Below are positions 36,695 through 45,363 of a stretch of 64,000 bases of DNA, piece by piece (position 1 is the first letter of the stretch; each line of letters starts with the position of its first letter). The notes beneath the pieces are model-generated. The model was not told the DNA's origin. It saw only the letters and a list, made by a program, of their open reading frames with translations, and did not search any database. A program made the position numbers and the translations under genes. Source of the stretch: Candidatus Limiplasma sp. (GTDB taxonomy: Bacteria; Bacillota; Clostridia; Christensenellales; Aristaeellaceae); assembly GCA_034928535.1 (NCBI GenBank), contig JAYFOV010000004.1, positions 1,173 to 65,172 on the forward strand, read 5' to 3'.

Positions 36695-36927
36695 GGCAGT
36701 TTCCTCCCTCATGTGATAGAATACATAATGTAACGGTATACAACCGAAATATTATACTCCTTTCCAGCTCAAAATGGAAGGGTATCGAAAAAAATCGCGC
36801 CCGTTGCTGCAAAAAACGCCGCTGCCCTGTGCGCAGGACGCAAACGGTACTGCGGCGCGATCAGGCTGCGCCGCTGGTGTGACCTAAGCCCGGGCGGGAT
36901 GTGCCGCGCCCAAACACAGGAGGTAAC

Positions 36928-38172
36928 ATGAGGCCAACCGTTGGGATCATCTGCGAATACGACCCATTCCACCGTGGGCATGCGCGCCAGTTTGCCCTGG
37001 TGCGCGAAAAACTGCCGGATGCGCGCATCGTGTGCGTGATGAGCGGCTGTTTTACCCAGCGGGGCAGCGCTGCGCTGTTTGCCCCCGCTTTTCGTGCGCG
37101 CGCGGCGCTGGATGCCGGCGCGAGCCTGGTGCTGGAATTACCCTGCGCCTTTGCCCTGCGGGAGGCGGAAAATTTTGCGTTGGGCGGCATTGCATTGCTG
37201 GATCGTCTGGGGTTTGTGACGCATGTGAGCTTCGGCTGCGAGGATGATGATCTGCCTTTTTTGCAGACAGCAGCCGCCTTGCTGGAATCCCCCACGCCCT
37301 CCTTTACTGCCGCGCTGCATGCGGCGCTGGCTCAGGGCAAGTCTTTTGCAGCCGCGCAGGCGCAGGCGGTGGCGGCCGGCCTGCACGGTGGCATGGCGGG
37401 TTGCGCGCAGCGCGGGGCAGCCCCTGACACATCCGCACCTGCGCAGCCGCAATCTGCCGCCATCGCAGCAACCCTGCAAGCCCTGCAAAAGCCCAACAAT
37501 ATTCTGGGCATTTGCTATTTGCGTGCTTTGCGCAGGCTGGGCAGCGCACTGACGCCGCTGCCGGTGCGTCGCATCGGGGATTACCACGCGCCAAGCCTTG
37601 CCGCAGATGGTTTTCCCTCCGCCAGTGCCACGCGCGCAGCCTATTTGGCCGGCGACATCCTCGCGGCTGAAGCGGCGTGCGGCTACCCGCTGACCGGTGT
37701 GGTGCATCACCCGCCCGCCGCGCTGGACCCCTTGCTGCTGCACACCCTCCGCACCATGGACACATGCCAATTGCGCGCCCTGCCGGACTGCACCGAAGGG
37801 CTGGAGAACCGCCTGGCTCGCGCCGCCCGGCAGGCGACTGACCGCGCGATGCTGCTCTCCCTGCTCAAGACCCGCCGCTATGCCCGCGCGCGCCTGAACC
37901 GCCTGCTCAGCCATGCGCTGCTGGGCATGACAGCGGAGCTGCTGGCCTGGCAGCCCTTGCCGGACTACGCACGCCTGCTGGGTTTCCGTCAGGCGGATGC
38001 CGATTGTATGGCACACTTGCGAAGCAGTGGCATCCGCATCCTTGCCAAAGCCGCCCATGGGGATCGGTCGGATCCGTTGTTTGCGCTGGATCTGCGGGCT
38101 TATGATCTGTGGGCGCTGGGCGCTGGCCTGCCCGCCGGGATGATGCTCACGCAGCCCGTGGCCATCGCATAG
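36928..38172 (+). CDS. tmcAL: tRNA(Met) cytidine acetate ligase (YlbM/TmcAL family nucleotidyltransferase)
   Basis: RBS AGGAGG. The N-terminus GIICEYDPFHRGHARQ matches the HxGH nucleotidyltransferase signature of YlbM-like proteins. Confidence 0.75.
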   Translation: MRPTVGIICEYDPFHRGHARQFALVREKLPDARIVCVMSGCFTQRGSAALFAPAFRARAALDAGASLVLELPCAFALREAENFALGGIALLDRLGFVTHVSFGCEDDDLPFLQTAAALLESPTPSFTAALHAALAQGKSFAAAQAQAVAAGLHGGMAGCAQRGAAPDTSAPAQPQSAAIAATLQALQKPNNILGICYLRALRRLGSALTPLPVRRIGDYHAPSLAADGFPSASATRAAYLAGDILAAEAACGYPLTGVVHHPPAALDPLLLHTLRTMDTCQLRALPDCTEGLENRLARAARQATDRAMLLSLLKTRRYARARLNRLLSHALLGMTAELLAWQPLPDYARLLGFRQADADCMAHLRSSGIRILAKAAHGDRSDPLFALDLRAYDLWALGAGLPAGMMLTQPVAIA

Positions 38173-38455
38173 CCCGATGCAGCAGCTCTACCCTGCGCCG
38201 TCGGTGCGACGACGGCAACCGGTATCAAAAAAGAGCCCGGACACAACGCCGCGACTCTTGTGAGTGAAACTCCCCCGGTTGAAAGCAAGCAACGCAACAC
38301 ATTGAAACCGCGCATCCGTGCACCCCAATGGCCAATGCATGCCTAGCCTTGCCGCGGCAGCGCAGTTTGCGCACGGCGCCAGCCCTGCAGCTTTGCCCCA
38401 TACCTGGCGGCGCACCTGCACCCGCGTGCCGCTAACCCCTGCGCCACGAATGGTC

Positions 38456-39007
38456 TTAAGGGGTAAGCGGGGGTTCATCATCCGGCGCTGCGCTATGCAG
38501 TACCGGCAGCGGAGGCAATTCCCGCACATCGGAAATGCCAAAATGCTCCAAAAATTTATCCGTCGTCGCATACAGGATGGGGCGTCCCAAGGCTTCCTTG
38601 CGCCCCACTTCCTGGATGAGCCCTTTGTGCAGCAGGGATTGCACCGAGTAATCGCATTTGACCCCGCGCACCTGCTCCACATCGCCCTTCGTGGTGGGCT
38701 GGTGATAGGCGATCACGGCCAGTGTTTCCATCGCCGCCTGGGAGAGGGATTGCCGCTGCACGGGCTGCAAGAGCCGCTCCACATAGGGTGCATACTCCAC
38801 ACGTGTTTCCAGCTTCAAATGATCGCCATAACGTTTGAGGGCGATACCGCGCGTTTGGCTTTCATACTCCTTTTGCAAGGCCTCGACGGCGTGCATGGTT
38901 TCCATCTCGCTCAAACCCAGCGCCTGCGCCAGCTCCGGCACCCCTACCGACTCGCCCGATACAAATAAAATCGCCTCGATCGCGTGAGGCGCTTCATTCA
39001 AGTCCAA
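38456..39007 (-). CDS. scpB: Segregation and condensation protein B
   Basis: Motifs AIEAILFVSGE, EIALKRYGD-like body and IAYHQPTTKGDVEQVRGV. The start is uncertain (TTG at 39007 or 39001) and overlaps the scpA end. Confidence 0.85.
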   Translation of the reverse strand: MDLNEAPHAIEAILFVSGESVGVPELAQALGLSEMETMHAVEALQKEYESQTRGIALKRYGDHLKLETRVEYAPYVERLLQPVQRQSLSQAAMETLAVIAYHQPTTKGDVEQVRGVKCDYSVQSLLHKGLIQEVGRKEALGRPILYATTDKFLEHFGISDVRELPPLPVLHSAAPDDEPPLTP

Positions 39008-39731
39008 AGCCCTGTCTCCTCCCCGGATGCAAAATGATGCGGTCAAACGCCGCCCCTTGGGTCACATACGCCTTGCCCAGCTTGAGCAGCTCCAGCAGCG
39101 CGATGAACAACGTGACCACTTCCTCGCGCCCTGGCACGTCGCAAAACAACTCGTCAAACGTTGCTTCCCCAATGCTCAGGCGGCTTTGGATCACTTCCAT
39201 ACAGCCTTCCACCGTGTAGCAATCCCGGCGGATGTTGCGCAGGCGGTAATCCACCTCGCGCTCTTCCTTGGGACGGCGTTCGGCAATGCGGCGCAGCGCA
39301 AGCCATAGCGCATCCAGCGTCAGGCCGTCAATCTCCAGCGTGGGGGGAGGCAGGGGGATCTCCTCAGGCAGTTTGGCGTACAGCTGCAACGCGGTCTGCT
39401 CAAAACTGCTCATGGTTTGCGCGCTTTCCTTGAACTGCTTGTAGGCAGTCAGGCGGGCAATCAGCACCTGCTCGGGATCCTCTTCCTCATCCGTCTTGGG
39501 CGGTTTGGGAAGCAACGCACGGCTTTTGATTTCCACCAGCAACGCGGCCATGGCCACAAACTCGCTGGCGGCGTCCAAGTCAAAATCCGGCGCGCCACTC
39601 ACCACAGCGATGAACTGCTCCGTGATCTCGCTCACAAATATGTCCTTGATATCGATCTTTGCCTTGCCGATCAGGTGCAACAGCAGATCCAGCGGCCCAT
39701 CGAACTGCTTAAGACGGATGTGGATGGCCAT
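38994..39731 (-). CDS. scpA: Segregation and condensation protein A
   Basis: The N-terminus FDGPLDLLLHLI is the kleisin ScpA signature. Its ATG overlaps the stop of the upstream M50 gene by 1 nt. Confidence 0.9.
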   Translation of the reverse strand: MAIHIRLKQFDGPLDLLLHLIGKAKIDIKDIFVSEITEQFIAVVSGAPDFDLDAASEFVAMAALLVEIKSRALLPKPPKTDEEEDPEQVLIARLTAYKQFKESAQTMSSFEQTALQLYAKLPEEIPLPPPTLEIDGLTLDALWLALRRIAERRPKEEREVDYRLRNIRRDCYTVEGCMEVIQSRLSIGEATFDELFCDVPGREEVVTLFIALLELLKLGKAYVTQGAAFDRIILHPGRRQGFGLE

Positions 39732-40546
39732 CAGGCAGCGCCCTCCGCCAGGAGGAACAGGTGCAGCACGCCGCCCTCAATTGCGCCTGTGACCGTTTGC
39801 AGGATTCCGCTAAGCGCGCCGGAAAACACCAGCACCAGCAGGGCGATTTGCGCAAACTGGAAAAACTGTTGGTTCATGGTCAGCTTTCCCTTGAGGATCA
39901 GGTCATTGAGCACATGGAAGCCATCCAGCGGCGGGATAGGCAGCAGGTTGAACACCGCGATGGTCAGGTTCATGGTCGCAAACAGCAGCAAGAAACGCTG
40001 CACATGCATCAACCAGGGCGTGGCCAGCAGGCTGGCGTCCACCTGACCGTACACGATCGCACCAAACGCAACTCCATCCGAGGAGAGCAACTGCTGCGCG
40101 CCATAGTACTGAAGCACTTCGGGTTTCCACAGCAGCGGATTGATGAGCGTGGCCAGGAACAGCGATACGATGAACAGCGTTAGGTTGGTCGTAACGCCCG
40201 CGATAGACACCAGAAAATCCGCCTTGCGGTAATCCCCGCGGAAATTGCGCGGGTTCACGGGCACGGGCTTTGCCCAGCCGAAGCCCAGCAATACCAGGCT
40301 GATGGTGCCGAAGGGATCCAGATGCTTGCGCGGATCCAGCGAAAGGCGCCCCAGCATCTTGGCGGTCGGGTCGCCGCAACGGTACGCCACATAGCCGTGC
40401 GCCACCTCGTGCAGCACCAGCGTGGTCAGAATGGCGACCGCATAGTACAGGATAAACACCAAAAAACCGATCGGGTCGCTTGTGAGCCAAGCACCCCAGG
40501 CTTGCAGGCGGCTGAGAATGTTCACGGAATCCCTCGTTTCAAACAT
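39731..40546 (-). CDS. Site-2 protease family (peptidase M50) membrane metalloprotease
   Basis: HEVAHG zinc motif in TM1 and a later NLLPIPPLDG motif. The start is uncertain: ATG at 40546 has no SD, and there is a GTG a few codons downstream. Confidence 0.8.
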   Translation of the reverse strand: MFETRDSVNILSRLQAWGAWLTSDPIGFLVFILYYAVAILTTLVLHEVAHGYVAYRCGDPTAKMLGRLSLDPRKHLDPFGTISLVLLGFGWAKPVPVNPRNFRGDYRKADFLVSIAGVTTNLTLFIVSLFLATLINPLLWKPEVLQYYGAQQLLSSDGVAFGAIVYGQVDASLLATPWLMHVQRFLLLFATMNLTIAVFNLLPIPPLDGFHVLNDLILKGKLTMNQQFFQFAQIALLVLVFSGALSGILQTVTGAIEGGVLHLFLLAEGAA

Positions 40547-40570
40547 CGTTGGCAAAAAGGTTTGCACGTT

Positions 40571-40599
40571 ATTATAGCGTGATTGGCCGGAAAACACAA
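40571..40599 (-). promoter_or_regulatory. Promoter TTGTGT-N17-TATAAT for the M50-scpA-scpB operon
   Basis: The hexamers and spacing are visible on the minus strand, about 20 nt upstream of the M50 ATG. Confidence 0.5.
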
Positions 40600-40647
40600 G
40601 CACGCCGGAGGGTTCCCAAGCAGGCGCTGCGCTGCCTGCGACCATGC

Positions 40648-40687
40648 AAAAAACCCTCCCGCGCGGCATAAACAGTGCCCGGGAGGG
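40648..40687 (-). terminator. Intrinsic terminator after punA
   Basis: On the minus strand: CCCTCCCG...CGGGAGGG followed by TTTTTT. Confidence 0.75.
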
Positions 40688-40783
40688 CTTGCATCCAATG
40701 ATTGCAGGGAAGGCACAGGCATCCAGCCATTGCGCAGCCATCGCCTATGGCCGCCGGGAAGGGATGCTTTTGCCTGTGTTAAT

Positions 40784-41608
40784 TTACAACTCGGCAATCA
40801 CGCCATCCAGCAGAGTGCGGAAGGTGCCCTTGACTTTGTTGCCCATCTCCATCACCTCTGCATGGTTCAGGGGGGCATCCAGCACACCCGCCGCCATGTT
40901 GGTGATGCAGCTGATGCCAAGCACTCGTGTGCCGCCATGCCGCGCGACGATGATCTCAGGCACGGTGCTCATGCCCACCGCATCCGCGCCGAGGATGCGC
41001 GTCATGCGGATTTCCGCGGGGGTTTCATAGGTGGGGCCGTTCAGCCAGCAATACACGCCCTGTTGCAGGGGCACGCCCAGCTTTCCGGCTGTTGCGAGGG
41101 TGAGTGCCTGCAGCTCGCGATCCAGCGAATAGGTCATATCGGGGAAGCGTGCGCCATACTCGTCCAGGTTGGGGCCCGTGAGCGGGTTCTTGCCCGAAAG
41201 ATTGATAAAATCGTTGATGAGCATCAGATCTCCCGCGTGGAAATCCAGGTTCACGCCGCCCGCCGCATTGGTCAGGATCACGGTTTTGACCCCCAGCTTC
41301 TGCATCACGCGGATGGGCATGGTCACATCGGCCAAGTCATAGCCTTCATAGGCATGGAAACGTCCTTGCATCATGCACACCCGTTTGCCGTGCAGCGTGC
41401 CGGTATACCAGCGCCCTTTGTGCCCCGCCACCGTCGATACCGGGAAGTGCGGGATGTCCTTATAGTCAATGGCGCGGACATCGCTCAGCGCCTCCACATA
41501 GTCGCCCAGGCCGCTGCCCAGCACCACGGCGATCTCCGCACTGCCGCAGGCGCGCTCAATGGCCGTTGCCGCCAGGTTGATCTTTTCCGCATAGGTGAGT
41601 ACCGTCAT
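40784..41608 (-). CDS. punA: Purine nucleoside phosphorylase (trimeric PNP family)
   Basis: Motifs VLGSGLG, GRFHAYEGY, LTNAAGG and GPTYETPAE. RBS AAGGAGG. Confidence 0.9.
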   Translation of the reverse strand: MTVLTYAEKINLAATAIERACGSAEIAVVLGSGLGDYVEALSDVRAIDYKDIPHFPVSTVAGHKGRWYTGTLHGKRVCMMQGRFHAYEGYDLADVTMPIRVMQKLGVKTVILTNAAGGVNLDFHAGDLMLINDFINLSGKNPLTGPNLDEYGARFPDMTYSLDRELQALTLATAGKLGVPLQQGVYCWLNGPTYETPAEIRMTRILGADAVGMSTVPEIIVARHGGTRVLGISCITNMAAGVLDAPLNHAEVMEMGNKVKGTFRTLLDGVIAEL

Positions 41609-41622
41609 AGCTTGAATCCTCC

Positions 41623-42789
41623 TTAATGCTGGAGCATGGCCGCGAAGGATTGTGCGCCAAAGCGCTCCTTGAGGCCAAACAGCTCCGCGATGGTGGCGGC
41701 GATATCCGCAAAGGATGTGCGGGTACCCAGATCGATGAGCCCGCGCATGCCCGGCGTCCAGGCCAGGATGGGCGCATGCTCACGGGTGTGGTCAGTGCCA
41801 TGGAAGGTAGGATCGCAGCCATGATCCGCCGTGATCAGGATCAGGTCGCCTTCCCGAGCCATCGCCTTGGCCTTGCCCAGCTCCACATCAAAGGCAGCCA
41901 GCGAGGCCGCGTAGCCTTGGACGTCCCGCCGGTGGCCGTAGATCATGTCCGTATCCACCAGATTGACAAACACCAAGCCTTCAAAATCCTTCTGCATGGA
42001 CAGGAGCCATTCCTGCATGCAGGCGGCATTCCCCGCCGCGTGGATGCTGTCCGTCAGGCCGCGGTAGTTGAAGATATCCTCAATTTTACCCACGCCGTAG
42101 GTGTAGAAGCCCGCAGCTACCAGCGCATCCAAAATGGTGAGCCCGGTGGGATCCAGGCTGAAATCCTTGCGGTGCGGCGTGCGGGTGAACGCCCCGGCCT
42201 TTTCCCCTACAAACGGGCGGGCGATGACGCGCCCCACGGCATAATCCCCGGTGAGGATCTTACGCGCAGCTTCGCACCACTGGTACAGCTGGGCAACCGG
42301 CACAATGCTCTCGTTGGCGGCGATCTGGAACACGCTGTCCGCCGAGGTATAGACGATGGGGAACCCAGTTTTCAGGTGCTCCTCACCCAGTTCATCCAAA
42401 ATGGTGGTGCCGCTGGAGGCATAGTTGCCCAGAGACTTGCGCCCGATGGCCTTCTCAAACGCCTGGATCACCTCTGGGGGGAATCCGTCCGGGAAAGTCG
42501 GGAATGCCTTGGGCAGCGTGACCCCGCTGATTTCCCAGTGCCCGGTGGTAGTGTCTTTGCCCGCGCTCACTTCCATGGCACGGCCAAACGCGCCGGCGGC
42601 ATCCTGCGGCACAGCGTATGGAATGGTCGGGATGGCGCCCAGCCCCATTGCCGCCATGTTGGGCAGGGAAGGGTTGCCCCCTTCGATGGTATGGGCAAGG
42701 GTATTGGCGCCCTCATCGCCATACAGCGCCGCGTCAGGCAATGCTCCCGCGCCAACGCTGTCCAAAACGATTAAAAAAACTCGTTTCAC
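41623..42789 (-). CDS. deoB: Phosphopentomutase
   Basis: GTG start after RBS AAGGAGG. Motifs LDSVGAG, TTGHWE, TADHGCDP. Confidence 0.92.
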   Translation of the reverse strand: MKRVFLIVLDSVGAGALPDAALYGDEGANTLAHTIEGGNPSLPNMAAMGLGAIPTIPYAVPQDAAGAFGRAMEVSAGKDTTTGHWEISGVTLPKAFPTFPDGFPPEVIQAFEKAIGRKSLGNYASSGTTILDELGEEHLKTGFPIVYTSADSVFQIAANESIVPVAQLYQWCEAARKILTGDYAVGRVIARPFVGEKAGAFTRTPHRKDFSLDPTGLTILDALVAAGFYTYGVGKIEDIFNYRGLTDSIHAAGNAACMQEWLLSMQKDFEGLVFVNLVDTDMIYGHRRDVQGYAASLAAFDVELGKAKAMAREGDLILITADHGCDPTFHGTDHTREHAPILAWTPGMRGLIDLGTRTSFADIAATIAELFGLKERFGAQSFAAMLQH

Positions 42790-43093
42790 ACAAATGGCCT
42801 CCTTAATTGATTCCGTACGCTTATCTTACACCAAAAAACAGGGATTGAAAAGCCAAACGGGGGCAAAAAGCCGGAGCGGACAGCAGGTGCGCCGCTGCAA
42901 GCGCCCGGCTGCGTGCGGGGATGCCGCCATGTGGTCGTTTGCGCAGCTGCAAGCCCCCAAAACCCGCCTCGCCAGCGGCAGCAGCCGGCTGGGCCTCGTC
43001 CGCCGGCGACCGATGTGCGATCCCCCTTCCGCATTTATTCCTTTACATTTCGCCGCGCTACCCGTACAATCATCACGAACAGGAGTGGATAAA

Positions 43094-44203
43094 ATGCCTT
43101 ACCAATTTCTCGCCACAGCCGCATTTGGGCTGGAAGGCGTCGTCGCCGGGGAACTGAAGCGCCTTGGGCTGCCTGCCCGTGCCGAACAGGGCGGCGCACG
43201 CTTTGAAGGGGATGCCCTGGCCGCCATGCGCGCCAATCTGTGGCTGCGTAGCGCCGACCGCGTGCTCATGGTGCTCAGCGAGCGGGATGTACTCAGCTTT
43301 GAGGATCTGTACCAGGCCGTTTCCGCCATCGCATGGGAAAACCTCATGCCCCGGGACGCGGCCATCCCCGTCACGGGCAAATGCGTGCGCAGCCAGCTGA
43401 TGAGCGTGCGCGACTGTCAGGCCGTCGCAAAAAAAGCCATCGTCACGCGGCTGATGCAAAAACTGCGTGTGGGCGCCCTTCCGGAAAGCGGCGATCCCTA
43501 CCCTATTGATATCGCCATTCATCAAAACCGCCTTCGCGTCACGCTGGATATGAGCGGGGACGCCCTCAACCGGCGGGGCTACCGTACCTGGAACGGCGAG
43601 GCTCCCCTGCGGGAAACCCTGGCCGCCGCGCTGCTGGACATTTCCCCCTGGCGGCCTGCCATGCCGCTGTATGATCCATGCTGCGGCACAGGCACGCTGC
43701 TCATCGAGGCTGCCATGCGCGCCACGCACCGCGCACCGGGGCTGATGCGCAGCTTTGCCTGTGAGCGCTACCCCTTTGTGCCCAAGGATGCGGTGAGCGC
43801 GCTGCGCGCCGAAGCACAGGCGGCCTTCCAGCAGGATACGGCCTTTGACATCGGCGGCAGCGATATTGACCCTGAAGCCATCCGTCTGTGCAGCCTGCAT
43901 ATGGAGCAGGCAGGCTTTGCCTACCGCATGCCGGTGGAGGTGCAGGCTTTGCAAAGCGTGACCTTGCCGCAGGAGGGCGGGGTATTCCTGTGCAACCCGC
44001 CCTATGGCGAGCGCCTGGGCGATGCCCAGAGCAGCCGCGCACTGTACCGGGAACTGGGGTTGCTGCTCCAGCGGCACCCCACCTGGAAAATGGGCGTGAT
44101 CACTGCCGACCCGGCGTTTGAGCGCAGCTTTGGCCGCCGTGCCACCCGCAAGCGCAGGCTGTACAATGGCCGCCTGGAGTGCGAATTCTGCATTTTTGAG
44201 TGA
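43094..44203 (+). CDS. THUMP-domain class I SAM-dependent RNA methyltransferase (RlmL/YpsC-like)
   Basis: RBS AGGAGTGG. Motifs FGLEGVVAGELK, DPCCGTGT and NPPYG. The ORF-track N-terminal extension from 42425 is antisense to deoB. Confidence 0.82.
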   Translation: MPYQFLATAAFGLEGVVAGELKRLGLPARAEQGGARFEGDALAAMRANLWLRSADRVLMVLSERDVLSFEDLYQAVSAIAWENLMPRDAAIPVTGKCVRSQLMSVRDCQAVAKKAIVTRLMQKLRVGALPESGDPYPIDIAIHQNRLRVTLDMSGDALNRRGYRTWNGEAPLRETLAAALLDISPWRPAMPLYDPCCGTGTLLIEAAMRATHRAPGLMRSFACERYPFVPKDAVSALRAEAQAAFQQDTAFDIGGSDIDPEAIRLCSLHMEQAGFAYRMPVEVQALQSVTLPQEGGVFLCNPPYGERLGDAQSSRALYRELGLLLQRHPTWKMGVITADPAFERSFGRRATRKRRLYNGRLECEFCIFE

Positions 44204-44348
44204 GTGCCCCCAAGGCCTCGGCCGTCAGCAGCCATAGCGGCGCAACGTCAATGCGCATGAAAGGCCGTTCCACGGCAATATTCGCCTGCAAACGGCCGAT
44301 TGCTGCCCCATTCGTGCCCGAACGCACGTTTCCATGCCCGCCAACCGC

Positions 44349-44377
44349 TTGCATTGCCAAGCGGTTGGCGTTATGAT
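44349..44377 (+). promoter_or_regulatory. Promoter TTGCAT-N17-TATGAT whose -35 lies inside an 11-bp-stem hairpin
   Basis: The hexamers and spacing are visible. The hairpin CCAACCGCTTG-cattg-CCAAGCGGTTGG spans the -35 box. Confidence 0.5.
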
Positions 44378-44408
44378 ATGACTCTATGTTCGCAAGGAGG
44401 GCAAAAAA

Positions 44409-44639
44409 ATGGCAGATCAGCACAAGACCATTGAAGAAATGACCGAGGATGCACCCCAAAAAGAGAAGCGCGACCGGAAAAACTGGGTCGGCTTTGTGGA
44501 AAGCGACGCGGTCAATTTTTTGATGCTCAACGGCATCGAGAAAATGACCCTGGACGATGGTGAGGGCAACAAAGCCAAGCTATCCCGCCGCAAGGATGGC
44601 AGCGTGTATGTGGAGTGCACCTCCAGCAACGTGGTGTGA
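44409..44639 (+). CDS. Hypothetical small acidic/basic protein (76 aa)
   Basis: RBS AAGGAGGG 7 nt upstream. Protein-like composition. Visibly more AT-rich than its neighbours. No family recognised. Confidence 0.55.
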   Translation: MADQHKTIEEMTEDAPQKEKRDRKNWVGFVESDAVNFLMLNGIEKMTLDDGEGNKAKLSRRKDGSVYVECTSSNVV

Positions 44640-44746
44640 GCATCCTGTAGCCTGCAGAAACCCCCGGCGGGATGGCTGTGCCATCCTACCGGGGGTTTCT
44701 GTGCCGAGCCAGCCCTCCGGGCACCCAAGGCAAGATGGGGCAGCCA

Positions 44747-44857
44747 TTAAGGTTTCAGCGGTACAAATTTCTCCTTCGGGGCATTGCAGATCGGGCACCG
44801 CTCCGGCGGCTCCTCCCCCTCATGGACATATCCACACACGACGCAAACCCATTTCAA
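44747..44857 (-). CDS. Mini rubredoxin-like protein (36 aa, CxxC...CxxC, rubrerythrin-C-terminal type)
   Basis: TTG start 10 nt after RBS AAAGGAGGAAGA. KWVCVVCGYVHEGEEPPERCPICNAPKEKF resembles the rubredoxin-like domain of rubrerythrins. Confidence 0.55.
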   Translation of the reverse strand: MKWVCVVCGYVHEGEEPPERCPICNAPKEKFVPLKP

Positions 44858-45282
44858 ACGGCATCTTCCTCCTTTGTCGCTTCTCAAATCAACGCTTGCC
44901 AATCGCCCGGCATGCGGCAGGCCGCATGCAACTGGCGGCACCCCGTGTGATCGAGGCTGTATCGCAGGCGCTCCTGCCCGGTTGTTTTCCACGCGCAGCG
45001 GCTGCGCCGCAAAACGCCGGGGCTCCGGATGAACTTCCTTGGGTTTGCTCCGCGCCGCGACACATGCACCGCGCATGGATACCTTGCCCGGTCCGCAAGC
45101 CACCTCCGGGCACCTTCCAGCCTATGCGCGCTTCCAGCCTCGCGTTGGGCATCAACGGGGCGGAGTGCCATGCCCGCAGTGCCCACGGCACCGCCAGGAT
45201 GCAGGCAATGCAGGCGTCCCCCGGCCGTGTGCTCCGCATCCCACGGAACCGACACATCCAGGCGACCGCTGCCAACTTACAC

Positions 45283-45330
45283 AAAACGGAGCCAATCCCC
45301 TGCCGATATCATTCGGCGGCATTGGCTCCG
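45283..45330 (-). terminator. Intrinsic terminator after thrC
   Basis: On the minus strand: CGGAGCCAAT...ATTGGCTCCG followed by TTTTGTG. Confidence 0.7.
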
Positions 45331-45363
45331 ATTCCTTTGGGGCTGAAGCGCTTCCCTGCCCGG

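Noticed and set aside
36729-36742. A cre-like palindrome TGTAACGGTATACA in the pta leader, as a possible CcpA site.
   Set aside because: On either strand it has two mismatches to the TGWAANCGNTNWCA consensus, including the central CG. That is not enough to call it.
42425-43093. N-terminal extensions offered by the ORF track. Examples are 42425 for the THUMP methyltransferase, 4698 for the secreted protein, 8495 for the ligase, 51420 for addB, 56060 for the binding protein and 58392 for the c-di-GMP protein.
   Set aside because: The extensions have non-protein-like composition or overlap neighbouring genes or leaders. In each case an internal start has a good Shine-Dalgarno sequence and a native-looking N-terminus.
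44858-45283. The idea that the gap upstream of the mini-rubredoxin is the decayed ferritin-like domain of a former rubrerythrin gene. The gap size of about 140 codons would fit.
   Set aside because: None of the three minus-strand frames shows any rubrerythrin-like (ExxH, helix-rich) sequence. The mini-ORF also has its own strong RBS. The pseudogene idea is therefore unsupported, though a sensitive tblastn could still revisit it.
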